A stretch of DNA of 64,000 bases from contig CM082576.2 of the NCBI GenBank assembly GCA_040954595.2, positions 15,175,028 through 15,239,027 of the forward strand, given 5' to 3'. Below, piece after piece: positions 1 through 19,348 of this stretch. A program made the position numbers and the translations under genes. How positions within the stretch are numbered: position 1 is the first letter of the stretch; each line of letters opens with the position of its first letter. Below the pieces are notes generated by a model, which saw nothing but the letters and a program-made list of their open reading frames with translations, had not been told where the DNA came from and did not search any database. The stretch is from Balanoglossus misakiensis (taxonomy: Eukaryota; Animalia; Hemichordata).

Positions 1-726
1 GGTAAATAGCCATAGAGAAATACCTGCAAAGCGACAAGGTAATTGTCAACTATAACAGCGTGTAACAATATAATGAAACAAACATTTGTGTGAGGTCGTC
101 AGAAAAGTGTATCGCTTCTCCATTTTACAGGAGCCTGCCTTGTCCACTCTCTGAGTCAGTGAACCAAATGTCAGAATTCGTAAAATACAACATTTCAAAA
201 ATAATAGATACATTGGAGAAGACTAAACCGAAATTGGGCTTGACAAAGTGTACCAAGTGGTGTTACACAATGCAAACAGAAAATTGGCTTTGTGTGTTCT
301 TGCCAATCTAAAATAAACTTGATTGGTCTTTGATCTGACAAGAGACGTGCGAGAAAGATTATGATACATACACTGCTGCCGTCAAAGTCGCAAGAACAGA
401 GGATCTAGGAATCACGATGGCCACTAGCATAATACAACAAAATACCTGTATCAAAAGAACAAAATAAACATTTGTTATTGAAATTTGATTTATAATACTG
501 AAATCACCACAATCACCTCAGCTCTCATTTACATATGTCCGTATGTGGTTAAAGGGCGTGTCTAAATATTTTAATGACTACGTGGTTCCACACCCTTTTT
601 ATTGCGTGGCCGTCCTGTGAAAATCGGTGATTGATTAGATATCAACTTGTAATGGTAACTGTGGCTGAATTTGCATAGATGACTGCATATATAGAGAGAG
701 TCAGACAGACAGACAGACAGACAGAC

Positions 727-795
<69 letters not shown>

Positions 796-1288
796 TAATG
801 TATTGATGTTTTGTTGCCCGAGATTGATGATTATTTGACTTACTGGATAAATGCCGAGGTTCCAAATCATTCTCACCCTCCTTTGAGTGTAAGGAATATG
901 TTTAATGAGCCATATTAGTGCTTCGATAAACATTACAACTACCACTAAAGTGATAGTTCCAGCCAATGAAAGTGCAAATATGGTTGCTGGACGAATATCT
1001 GAAATATAACAATATATCGTTGAACAGATTTAAAGAACATATATCGAACATGATTATCGCCATCAATCAAGTTTAATCTAAGTTTGATCAGACGGCTCTG
1101 TATAAATAATTCGACGCACGTAATGAAACCATGTATAGTCATGGAAATGCAATCATATGAGGTAGGTGCACTTTGGGAAATGTTTCCATGTTGAAGGTGT
1201 CAGTGTATGCACGTGTTGAATCTTACCCACCTGCAAAAAAGTCCTCAGCGTATGGTGCACCATCGCTGCAATTGACATTGTTCGTCAT
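1..1288 (-). CDS. SLC51A: Organic solute transporter alpha-like paralog B, 5' part (runs off the window start)
   Basis: GT-AG exons 1231-1288 (MTNNVNCSDGAPYAEDFFA), 844-998 (..FIEALIWLIKHIPYTQRRVRMIWNLGIYP), 372-445 (VFCCIMLVAIVIPRSS..), <1-23 (YFSMAIY). Exon sizes 58/155/74 and phases are identical to paralog A. Confidence 0.88.
693..795. repeat. (GACA)n(GATA)n microsatellite in an intron
   Basis: Direct tetranucleotide run. Confidence 0.95.
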
Positions 1289-3396
1289 ACTTGGTTCAAC
1301 TTGAAGTCCGCCTTCTTTTACGTAAATGTTTTTTCTGTTGTTCAGTCTAAATGAACAAGTTAAAGAATAGCCTGAAATGATAACAGCATCTATTTTGAAA
1401 TCATCGTTTTAAGACGGAAAACATTTTGACTTTGTTGTGCTGATTGAGGTTATTAGAACTGTAAAATTTAAACTTTAACTTCTGACCTGTAAAACGCTGC
1501 AGCACAGATTGGGCAGATACTGTCCCAGCGACGAGAAATATGTGATGTAGGCTAAATGGCTACGGTGACCTTTTTTATCATCAGCGACATTTAAAAATTA
1601 AACGTGTTTTTTTTTTTAAATTCGCGCGTAGCCTAATCTTAGGGGCACCGTAGAATGACAAACGTCGCTCACAATAAATTTATTGGATGGTTAAAATGAT
1701 GACCACACAGGTTTACTAAAAATGTGAAACTAGTCAACTAGTATTATGAATATTGGCGTGCAGATATAACATACATGTGAAAGCCCAGAAATAACGCATG
1801 TTATACAACAGAATAAATTCCGTTCCCAAAATCCCCGTATTAGTGCTTTGCAAAGATGGACATCTACTATCTTCGATTTCATGTTTGATTTGAGATGTAA
1901 CGATGTATGGAGATTTGCACTGAAATCATATTGTGCGTGTAAATATAATCTAGTGTCAATAGTCGTATTTAAGGGCGACACCAACCTGTCTTTGAGCAGT
2001 TGCTGTATGCATACCGAGCGACCAGTTGTGAAATTCCCTTTTCACCCTCCGGGATATCACCGTGACGATATTACAGCTTGACGGAAGACGGATACATGCG
2101 CATCTAAAACAGAGTCCCACCGCTTCGATTTGCGTCGAAATGGTCAAAATGTGCCATGGCGCCTTGCAATGGGTGTAGACAGGTATAGAGTCTGAATAAA
2201 TGAATAAAGGTCGAGGGGTAGCCTTGTTCCACTCTGCAGAATATTTGATATGATGTCGTCAGGTGACAGATATCAGTTTGGATATTAACTTCATTAAGGG
2301 CAACGAGGATGCGTGATCAGTAACATGCATATGTAGAGTTTGTTGACTGAACGAACATCTTCCTTTGGACTTTGCTTCATTCAGTGTCAGCTTTAAAGCG
2401 GGCGGGACAGCACACGGGATCGGGATGGCCCTGCGTACAGGTCTGCATGCTGCCGGCGTTACACGGCCTCCACCACACGCACACCTGTACGCTGGATTAC
2501 ACAGCATAATAGGAGTGGCAGATACAACTTTATATTCAGTGACTACCTGCATGAAACTTTTTTTTGTCTGCTTGGGAAATATTTCCTTCGTCCTGGTCTT
2601 GTTATGCTGGAATCAAGTGCATATGAATGTGTAATGCAAGTCAGAGTAGCCCACTCAGCGCCTTTGGTTTTCTTATTTTCATTTTACATTGAGCATATAC
2701 AGTAGGTGCAGGTCGCATTCTTTTCACAGTGTGTAAATAATTAACAGTCGCTCTGTATCAGCAACGACATTTCAACAGATTAGTTCGACCAGAACAGGCT
2801 TAGTTCACAAAATACTCGGAATACACGTAGCTCTTTTGGCGCTGTTCCGTCGCGGCCATGCATGAAATCTACCAGGATAACGCCTTCAACCATTGTATCC
2901 ATAAAATAGCGGCCAGTTTAAACATCACAAATATTTTACGGAGTAAAACGTTTCTGTGAGTTGAAGTGACCGAAAGCAGCTCACATACTTCCCGTTTTCT
3001 AGCCTCTTCTCTCCTATAATTGGTGCACGTGTATTTAACCACAGAAAATTACAGCTTATACAAACAGGAACTGTGCCATCGTCGTAAACTACGTGCCTCT
3101 TTACGGCAACAGAGCCTCTGTTCGCGAGAATGAACTGCATCTGTCGGTTGTACGTATATGATATTCGATAGAACTGTTAAATAGGAAAAATTAAGTCACA
3201 AAGGTTTAACATTATTTTAGTTTTTTTCTTTATCATCAAATATTTCTGTCGTTTTGTTTGCCCACGCCTGTGTGTGGACCTAATACATTGTGTAACTTGC
3301 ATGACATATTTTTTCTGGTATTGGCCAGAACTTTTGTCAATTGTAGGACTTATATGTGTATAAGACTTTTAAAAGTGTAGCGCTATCTACAATTAA

Positions 3397-3754
3397 AGGG
3401 ACAAAGTCTCTCTCTCGCTGCCCTTTTTTCCATTAATTATATTTGATACAAGACACCGTTTGTTATTCTACATGTGGATATATAGTGAATGAACGTTCAA
3501 CCACACACAACTTCCATCCCTCTTATACTGTTATAGACAGGAGAGTGAAAAAACTCGCCAAAATGAATAATCGTTCTTTACCATTTATTCATTTTGGGCG
3601 AGTTTTTTTACTCTCATATCATACAAGTGGGATGGAAGTTTTGTGTGGTTGAATGTTGATTCACTATATATCCACATGTAGAATAACATAAACAGTGTCT
3701 GGTATCAAACATAATTGATGGAAAAAAAGGCAGCGAGAGAGAGACTTTGTCCCT
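3397..3754. mobile_element. Palindromic MITE, Kolobok-like
   Basis: TTAA|AGGGACAAAGTCTCTCTCTCGCTGCC...GGCAGCGAGAGAGAGACTTTGTCCCT|TTAA. Almost the whole element is an inverted repeat. TTAA target duplication with RR..YY ends fits Kolobok. Confidence 0.85.
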
Positions 3755-4135
3755 TTAACTGTTCACATGTATTACTAACAGAACAGCGTGAATAGTTTCT
3801 CACACATGACAAAAATATCTAAACTGTCGAAAGATGACGAATCTGCCCAGAGTCGAAAAATGGACCAAAAAACACACACCAAAATCCATGAAAAATATGG
3901 CAAAATCGACGAGAAAATATGTTTAATAATCCACAGCGAGTTTTCCATGCACTTATGTTTGTTGACAGAGTAGGTTAAATATTAAAGTGTCAACATTTGA
4001 GACTTGCCGAAAGAAATAGAAGTATTGCTGGCGTCGTGAAATCTAATTTTAATACATACACAATTTTTACTGCGATAACAAATTGCCCAGTGTAGGTGTC
4101 TTGGGGTCGTTCAGTTTCATACAGAGCATGCGCAA

Positions 4136-10660
<6,525 letters not shown>

Positions 10661-12220
10661 CGAGAATGGCTACAGCTGTAGAATAGGAAATCAGTAAAAT
10701 GTATTTAGGATTTGCAGAATATCAACTGTGGAAAATAACTTCGTCATTACAAAGGTGCAATTATATGTTGGGTGATAGAAACAAATCAATAGAAACAAAG
10801 TCTCAGCTTCCACTATAATGATTCTGACATGCTATTTATGTATTCATCTTCACGAATGAAATCGTTGATATCGAAATCAGGTCTCTTACTTTAGAATAGA
10901 TAAGATAAAAAGAAATAAGGTAGATTTGATGTGAGAAAATTGATGTGAGAAAATCAAACGTCTGCACTGTCATTGTACAAAATTCCAACAACATGAACAA
11001 ACAGCAACGCATACGATTTAGGCCTATCTGCGAATAAACACTTCCGTATTTTTCATCAACAAAAGGTGAATTTTCTGTCCCACGTGAAAAAAGAAGTTGA
11101 CTGCTTTTCAAGCAATTATAAATAGCGAATAGATTAGTTGTCAGTTTAGGGTCAAAGTCTGCATCAGTCTGAGCCACGTGACCAGTCTGAATCATGTGAT
11201 TAATCAAAGAGCTGTGATATTCAATACACCGTTGTCAACATTGAACTTGATGAGCACGTATTAGTAGGCATTATTTCATATTTGACATGAGATAGATCAC
11301 ATTTTATCTCCAAGATCTTGAGTAATTCGGTTCCGTTTTGTGAAATAAAACGAGAGAAAAACAACGCGTACCCACATCAAATACAATGCGGTGATAATGT
11401 ACTCCACGCAGTCGACGTCTTTTGATTGATAAAAACTACCTCGCATCATACATGTCATAAGTAACATAGAAAAAAATAATATACATTCTTTTGGCATTTC
11501 TCAGGTAATTAGATCCATGGTTCTTATCAAACTCTTGATCCTAAGTGCCCCGGCAACACACTGTTTTGCCACATGTTGCCACACAGCAAAATCAACTAAA
11601 TTTAGATTTTACATCTGACTGTTCTTTAACAAATTCATCTTCGCTAGTCAAAATATATGTTTTGGACAGGGGGGGGGGGGGGGGGGGCGCCCTCAAAAAC
11701 CAGGCCGAGTTACGACGCCAGGCCTTCCGCGATCGGACGACGTTATAAATGCTGCCCATGCTCGTTTTGCCTCAAACAGGTCTGTTAAATCCGTCAGTAT
11801 TTGGAGACTGGCTTTCAATGTAATCATTTCACATTAAGAGAAAAATCTAGTATGGCGTAGCAAACCTCTAACACTATACTCCCAATTTAGCCTTCCCACC
11901 CCAGTGGTTCATACGGACATTCCACAGTGGGTAAACAAAAACAAGCCATTATCATATTCGGTGAGCAAGCATGTGACCTGCACTTATAGATAACGTGGAA
12001 ATTATCGTTGACTGTGTCCAAAACTAACTGCGTCGATCTGCACAACATGTAAGCAGTATTGCCTTAAATTGATTTTTTTTGGGGGGGGGGGGGGTAAATG
12101 CCAAAGTCAATCAAACTAGGGCGTAGATATTACTCATAGTGTCATTAGGAAGCAACGGGATTTTCTAAGCGCTATGGATATACGTATGCATTTACATTGT
12201 ATAATGTTTATGTATCTTAC

Positions 12221-12310
12221 CTTTAAAAATATTGAAAATCGAAGTCGTTAGTGTCGTCGTTTAGTGGATCACTGGGAGTTGAGAATCAACATGTTTCTGT
12301 CAAATGAGAG
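12221..12310 (-). other. Probable 5' UTR exon of SLC51A-like A
   Basis: AAAG|GTAAGA donor at 12220. The first coding exon has an acceptor at 10676 only 15 nt before the ATG. The 5' boundary is unknown. Confidence 0.45.
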
Positions 12311-12821
12311 ACGCTTTAGAGAATTAATAAATGGCTGACCGACATTTTAACAACGGCAGTGTCCGCCCACTGAGTTCAGTATCCTGTTCGACGCTGCGAT
12401 AGATAACAGGTATCGCACTCCGGGACCAGCGGTGCATCGACGTTAGGTAACAGGTCGAACCTGTTCACGTCAAGTTAAATATTATTCAACTTCAGTCCCG
12501 AGGTCACCTTTTGTAAGTTGACGACATTCTAGCTGCGCGTGCTAACATTAGGCTATGTCCAGATTTAATATCTGTTTTAGTGAAAGGATATGAGAAAGAA
12601 CGGTATGTATTTTTTTCTGAAGAAAAATGTGACACGCTATAGTCACATCGCCTTCGACTAGTCCTTGATGATCAGAAACGGAGCTTTTTGACGGCAGTAC
12701 ATCTACAACATGTGTGTGAATGTGCACAGAGATCCGCATACACCTTAAGGTTCACTCGTGAATGTGATTATTGTTGTACCGCAATCGTAGATTTTTTTCG
12801 GCGCCTAACGCCTATCCATAA

Positions 12822-13555
12822 GGCTGCATTCACAAACACCTCTGGAGGGGGGGGCAGGAGAATTGAGGGGGGGGGGGATTTGAAAAAATTGAGGGTATGT
12901 AAAGGGGGGGACTTGAAAACTTTGGGGACTAAATATTTATTTTGAGTCCACAAAAATGCAGTTTTGAACCCTTCATAATGCAAATGTTTCTCTTGTGGGA
13001 GGGGGACACCCCCTCCCACCCCCACCCCCGTCATTCATCAACACCTTTAAATCATTGACTGGTTTATCTAGTGTCCCAGGTCAGGGGACTTCCCCCCCCC
13101 CCATGCTAACTTTGAGCGCCGAAGGTTAAATTTGTCCTCCCCAACATACCGGTAGTTGAGTTAATTTGCTTTTGGGTTCATTAAAATGCAGTTTTGAACT
13201 CTGTATTTTGTAAAATTTTCTTCAACCCCACCCCCTTCACTTCTCGGTTTACAATGTCTCCCAACACAGAATATAAATACTTAAAAAATAAAAACAATGT
13301 TCAGTTTTAATACCCACTGATAAGGGGAAACATCAGTTTCAAATTCTTTCCATGGGAGCGCTGTTTTTACAAGATAAATAGGTGATGTGTTTTGCTGTGT
13401 GAAAGAAAATGGGGGGGGGGGATTTGAAAATTTTAGCAGTTCGGAAGGGGGGGTTTGAAAATATTTCGGGTTGTTGAGGGGGGCATGTGAAAATTAACGG
13501 TAAAAAAAATTGAATTCTCCCGCCCCCCCCTCCAGAGGTGTTTGTGAATGCAGCC
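12822..13555. mobile_element. PIF/Harbinger-type MITE
   Basis: TIR GGCTGCATTCACAAACACCTCTGGAGGGGGGG at both ends, flanked by TAA on both sides. Confidence 0.88.
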
Positions 13556-13654
13556 TAACTGAAGTATGTGAGTCACTTTGTTTTTTCCAGCGCTGCAGAG
13601 AACACGCAGAGAAAATATATTCTGTGACAACGCCCCCAACGTATCATGGATAAC

Positions 13655-13656
13655 CT

Positions 13657-13719
<63 letters not shown>

Positions 13720-13754
13720 TTTTATCTATCTATCTATTTATTTATTTATTCATT

Positions 13755-13794
<40 letters not shown>

Positions 13795-13814
13795 TTATTT
13801 ATTAATTTATTTTT

Positions 13815-13909
<95 letters not shown>

Positions 13910-13930
13910 TTCATTCATTCATTCATTCAT

Positions 13931-14009
<79 letters not shown>

Positions 14010-14940
14010 TTCATTCACGAACCAACAGGTTGCCCCAATAACAGGTTCGTTTAAAATAAAAAGACTGTACAGAATAAAAAAGAAGCAATAAAAAAAGCTC
14101 AATAACAACAGACAAACAAATAAACTTAATGACAAGACATTGACGCAAAAACATCATTTGAAAAAAATCATTCAGTAAAAAGGAGTTTGTATAAAGCATG
14201 TCGAAAACTGGTATAGTTACCAAATATATCAACATTTTCCTTGTGACAGATAGAATTAAAATAAGTCTGGGATCGCGATAAAAATGAGTGTTTCATGACA
14301 TTCGTACGTGATGATACTATTCTAAAAAGAACAGTCCGTCTCAAAGAAAAAACAGGAATGTTAAAATTGATTTGTGCAAGCGCATCTGTTCAGATACTTT
14401 GTAATAAGATTGCAGGATTTTAAAAAGAAACATTGTGTCTAAAAAATTACGCCTGTCCTGAATTGTAGGCGGGCGGTTTTATAACATAAATTATTATACA
14501 TATCCCTTGAATAAGCCACTGATGAACGCAAGCAGAGATATTTGATGAGCTTAATTTGGACTCTTTCAAGTTTCCGAATTAAATATGTTTGATGGGGTGA
14601 CCAGATGGGCGAGCAATATTCAACGTGGCTTCTGACAAAGGAGATATATAATGTTCTTAAAACTTCTATACTGTTAAAATATTTACAATTACGCTTGATA
14701 AATCCAAGCATTCTAAAAGCCTTTGAAACAACATGATTTATGTGCATACTCCAGTTGAGTTTGCCTGTTAAAAATACACCTAGGTCTTTTACAGAGTTTG
14801 TACGATTCAAAACTGACTGTTTACCACACCTGTAAGAAAATATGTTGACATTCTGCCTTAATGTGAACGAAATACAGGAACACTTTTCAATATTTAATGA
14901 TAACTTCCATTTGTTTGTCCACTTTACAACTTGGTTGATA
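13655..14940 (-). mobile_element. CR1/L2-group LINE 3' portion with long (TAAA)n tail
   Basis: RT C-terminal motifs KWKLSLNIEKC, VKDLGV, LYISFVRSHVEYCSPIWSP, LERVQ; tandem tail at 13655-14015. Confidence 0.85.
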
Positions 14941-15029
14941 TATCCCCAAGGTATATTAAAATACCATATCAGCAATTTATACAAATACATGTACATGTAT
15001 AGCCAGGCGGTGTGGGTAATTTTCTTCAA

Positions 15030-15405
15030 TAGCCGCGCATAAACTAATGCATAAATTATGAATTGCTATGAGCAACTCCTCATCACCTCACGTAATCCTA
15101 CTTTTGATGCGGTAATTACTGATGTCTTCTTTAATGATCTGAATTTTTAAAATTGTCTGATGAAAAGCGGAACTCCCTCGAATGTCTTTTAACAAAATTG
15201 GAAATTCATAATGCATTGAAGTCAGTCCCCGGAACCGATCCCCCTGGAAGTGATGGGTCCCCGCCAGAATTTTATATCGCATTTTTGAACGAAAACGGTA
15301 ATGTTTTAGCTGAAGCCCTGAATGAAGTTTTTCTTATTGGAAAAATGACAACCTCACAGAAACAAGCGGTGATCGCACTCATACCAAAATCCGACAAGGG
15401 TTTAA
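15030..15405 (+). mobile_element. L1/Tx1-type LINE ORF2 fragment, copy 1
   Basis: EIHNALKSVPGTDPPGSDGSPPEFY..SQKQAVIALIPK. Confidence 0.8.
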
Positions 15406-15626
15406 AGTGAAGGGGTCGTCGCGCCGTATTTGTTTGTTTACAAGAATTACAATTCATCTACGAATCCCTGAAATTAGATCATTCTTAGAATGAACGAAGC
15501 AGCCAACCGTATATCGTAGACTGGGCATGACAGCAGCTGAAGATCCTGGTAGGTCGTGGTGACTGCAGTGAGGTTTGTGCTGGTATGGGATTCTCATTGA
15601 GGGGGACACCCACGCGGCGCGACAAC

Positions 15627-16100
15627 TTCTTCTCTATCCCTGCAGTTATCCACGGTTTCCGTATTTTTCTTTTCGAACTACGCTTTTTAGAAATCAATGG
15701 AGCATGCTTATTAGAAATATTCGAGAAAATCCTTTTAAAATGAGTCATATGCTATATTAGCATCAGTACTCTCATACACAGCTGCCCAATTGACACTATT
15801 CAACTCATCTTGAAATGAAAATATATCAAAATTATATTTGTATAAATATGATCAATAACCGTTCTTGAGTGATCTGATATTCGTGTTGGCACAGTGATCA
15901 TTTGAGTTAGGTTAAAAGAAGACATACTATTTTTTTTATTAAAATTGACTGTTTCATATAAAATGTAAATCATACGCATTGACATTTAAGTCACCCACAA
16001 GTATGCACTGCATCTTCTTATGGTCAATATCAGTCAATGCAGATTCAAGACTTTCAAGGAATTCGCCTATATTAGTGTTTGATTTCCTATACACTACTCC
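15627..16100 (-). mobile_element. CR1/L2-group LINE endonuclease/linker fragment
   Basis: LTQMITVPTRISDHSRTVIDHIYTN; KHAPL..RKPWITAGI. Confidence 0.75.
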
Positions 16101-16169
16101 ATATGGTTAAGGCTAAGTTGGAAAAACTGTGGGAATACGTAGTGAAAAGGGAAACCATGGTAAGATCAG

Positions 16170-17085
16170 GGACCAAGCGGTACTCAGAAGGCGAGAAAAG
16201 CTAAGTATTTTCTAAATCTAGAGAAAATGAATCACGATAAAAATTACACTCTGAATTAAAGACAGATGAAGATGTTCCCATTGCAGATAACGCGAAAATA
16301 CTTAATGTATAAATTAGGAATTACTATGAGCTCCCTCGAATGTCTTTTAACAAAATTGGAAATTCATAATGCATTGAAGTCAGTCCCCGGAACCGATCCC
16401 CCTGGAAGTGATGGGCCCCCGCCAGAATTTTATATTGCATTTTTGAACGAAAACGGTACTGTTTTAGCTGAAGCCCTGAATGAAGTTTTTCTTATTGGAA
16501 AAAATGACAGCCTCACAGAAAAAAGCAGTGATCACACTCATATCAAAATCCGGAGGATTTAAAGTGAAGAGGTCGTCGCGCCTCATTTGTTTGTTTATAA
16601 ACATTAAAATTCACCCACAAATCCCTGAAATTATCTAATTCTTAGAATGAACGAAGCAGCCAACCGTAGCGTAGACTGGGCATGTAGGTTGTGGCGACTG
16701 CAGTGGGGTTTGTGTACAATGAGAGGACATATTCTCATCAAGGGAGACGCCCACGCGGCGCGACGACCGCTTCCCTGGAGACCAGTTTTATCATTGAATT
16801 CTGATTACAAAGCAGCAGCTCAGAGTATTGTCAAACGTTTGGAGAAGTTGTGCCGCCTATTATTCATGGAAATCAAACAGCTTTCATAAAGGTCCGTAAA
16901 ATTACATATAACATATGTCTTATTTCTGACGTCATCAATTGTTCCAATCACAAGAATAGAATGGGACAGGTATACTTTTATTCTTAGATTACGAAAAGGC
17001 TTTTGATTACTGCGAATGGCCACTGATCGAGAAAGCTCTTGATCTTTATAATTTTGGCCTGTTTTGACAAAAATGGTAAATATTG
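16170..17085 (+). mobile_element. L1/Tx1-type LINE ORF2 fragment, copy 2, interrupted by a MITE
   Basis: EGEK..KYF.NLEK, PGSDGPPPEFY, WRPVLSLNSDYK, FLDYEKAFD across frameshifts. Confidence 0.8.
16563..16776. mobile_element. Small MITE with imperfect 20-bp TIR, Kolobok-like; second copy at about 15405-15625
   Basis: TTAA|AGTGAAGAGGTCGTCGCGCC...GGCGCGACGACCGCTTCCCT, splitting the Tx1 reading frame. Confidence 0.65.
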
Positions 17086-17493
17086 TTTTTAAATAAGGTC
17101 AGGTTTCCAAATGTGAAAATTATCGACGGCCCTGAAAATCGACATGCCAAATGCTGCATGCTGGCAACATCATTATCGTCACAGAAGCGGTTGTTTGGTG
17201 GTGTTTTTCATTGGCAGCTGAAGGCGACTTCAGCACCGACGCTTCTTCTCCTTGGCCTCCCTATTTACTAGTAATCTGATTTGCAGGAAGTGTGCAAAAT
17301 TGAACGTTTTTAAAAATATACTTTTCGCTTGCCCTGGGCCATGCGACGAATGTATAAGTGGGAACAAGACGCCATCTCTACCTGAATTCCCGTGACGACT
17401 TTCGACTGTTGAAACCAACCGGGCTGGCTGACATTTGTAGGAGAATTGAAAAAAAAAACTGACGGCGTCATCGTTCACTTGTTTGGTGCAGCT

Positions 17494-18513
17494 ATGAACA
17501 ACACGACCACTCCTTTCAGCGTCGTCCGCGATCGCCAGGTTTGGGGGACCGTCCCGCTGGTCTGGCTGGCTCACCTGTCGGCGACCGAAGAGGTGATTTT
17601 CGCCGTTCTTGCGCTGGTCGGCAACGGTCTCTTCATCGGCACCTTCATCCTGAAGAGGGACATTCGCACGCGCGGCAACGCCTTGCTGGTGAATCTGAGC
17701 GTCACCGATGTCGTGGCCGCGGCACTCGTCTCCGTGCCCAGCAGCGTGTCGTTCTATCTCAAGCGGTGGGCTCTGGGGCACAACTTCTGCGCCGTCCACT
17801 TCCTCCTGCACGGAGTTCTCGTGGGCGCGTCGCTGTGGACCACCGCGTTCATCGCGTTGAACCGATACATCTACGTCGTCCACAACGAAACTTACAGACG
17901 CGTCACCACGAGACTGACGATATCGCTGTGTATAGTATGCACCTGGCTTTTTCCCTCGCTCACCCGCATGTACGTAGACGATTTCAGATTCGATCTGCAC
18001 GCCTACCGATTTTCCCTCGCTGCGCTGAGATGCGTGGGGCGAGGCGGAGGACAGAGTCCCCACTTCGCACTCGTTAATGTCTACCTGCCGTCCCTCGTCG
18101 TGATCTGTTGCTACGCAGCCATCGCCGTGTACGTCCGACGAAGCCGCCTGCGCGTCCAAGCTCACGCGCCGACCCAAACACATCAGAAGAAACAAGAGTA
18201 CCGGATGCTGCTGGTCATATTCGGCGTCTTTCTTATGATTTTGCTGGGCTATGTACCCTTTCAGCTCGTCCTCACGATATGTCGTACGAGAAACATCCCT
18301 CTACCTGTCAACGGCCTAATGGCGCTCTACCCGTGCATGCATTTAGGCGGCGTTCTCAACCCTGTTCTGTACGGAGTGAATAACAAGCGTTTCAGAAAAG
18401 CCTACAGAGAAGTTTTAGCCATCAAGCTGGACAGCTTCGCCATCAGATGCCGAAACCCCACCCAAGCCAATGTCCAAGAAATCGTCATAGAAACGGGAGA
18501 CTCAAATGTATAG
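17494..18513 (+). CDS. Intronless class A GPCR, melatonin-receptor/Tre1/moody-like, about 339 aa
   Basis: ATG at 17494 (MNNTT, N-glycosylation sequon); TM1 GN, TM2 LVNLSVTD, TM3 IALNRY, TM5 YLP..CY, TM6 GYVP, TM7 LNPVLYG..NKRFRKAY. Confidence 0.9.
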   Translation: MNNTTTPFSVVRDRQVWGTVPLVWLAHLSATEEVIFAVLALVGNGLFIGTFILKRDIRTRGNALLVNLSVTDVVAAALVSVPSSVSFYLKRWALGHNFCAVHFLLHGVLVGASLWTTAFIALNRYIYVVHNETYRRVTTRLTISLCIVCTWLFPSLTRMYVDDFRFDLHAYRFSLAALRCVGRGGGQSPHFALVNVYLPSLVVICCYAAIAVYVRRSRLRVQAHAPTQTHQKKQEYRMLLVIFGVFLMILLGYVPFQLVLTICRTRNIPLPVNGLMALYPCMHLGGVLNPVLYGVNNKRFRKAYREVLAIKLDSFAIRCRNPTQANVQEIVIETGDSNV

Positions 18514-18849
18514 GCAACAACTCACCCAGATCAACGCCGGGTGTAGTAATCTAAAAAAGAGTACTACATGTAGTACTGTCAACGTGGATTAGAACATGAA
18601 CTGCCCTAAAGATACTTTATCCCCACCAAATATATGTGTAACATGATAAACTGTAAGCTTGTAAACGTGTTGGATGTAAAATAATTCGGGCTTCAGATAT
18701 TGAAGTTGCCCATGGAATTGTTAGCTGCACGTAGAAAGAGCTCATGATCATTACTTGCGGTCAACCCATATATGTTATGTGCTTGCATTTACAGTAACTG
18801 GTTGGTATCTTTGTTTCTCAGTCCAGGTGTACATGTAATACCTGACTTT

Positions 18850-19348
18850 GTTTAGAATCGTCTTCATATCTTAGAGTTGAATACTTGCTGTATAAACTTT
18901 ATCCCGTTCAGTTCTACATACTCGATCATCTGGTTGTGGCAATCTCCGCATACCGAATGCTAGACTCAGTATTACTCAACATAACATTGTCTTTTCTGCA
19001 GTCAAACACTGGAATTCACTGCCGTATCATCTTAAAGAAATAAAATCGAGATGTAAATTTCAAAGAGCTTTAAAATTATATTTATCAAATTTGTTAAAAC
19101 TTTTCTGTTATGCCTTATAGGTTTTTCTTTTTCACAACACTGCGTGATTATTTTGTAATTTTCCTACTGTGATTTTTGGGGCCGTGGACTCGATTAGTCC
19201 ATTGGGACTACTTCCATGGTCCAAACCAGATATATTTCAGTACTCTTTTGTTCTATTTGTTTTTTGATTTGTTTCGAATTGAAATTTTGTATTACTTTAG
19301 TTTATGTTCAACTCTCTATATATCTGGTTGAATAAATTCATTCATTCA
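18850..19348 (+). mobile_element. CR1/L2-group LINE 3' end
   Basis: TRSS..NLRIP..FSAVKHWNSLPYHLKEIKS..FQRALKLYL, then AATAAA and a (TTCA)n tail. Confidence 0.7.

Noticed and set aside
2259-2634. GC-rich overlapping ORFs between the two SLC51A-like genes
   Set aside because: No recognisable motif or consistent splice structure
12445-12515. FXR/IR-1 response element upstream of the SLC51A-like gene
   Set aside because: Only isolated AGGTCA-like half-sites; spacing does not match IR-1
13578-14041. Hydrophobic FIYL-repeat ORFs
   Set aside because: Translation of the (TTTA)n LINE tail
17230-18195. 321-aa antisense ORF over the GPCR
   Set aside because: Shadow ORF expected from GC-rich coding sequence; no motifs
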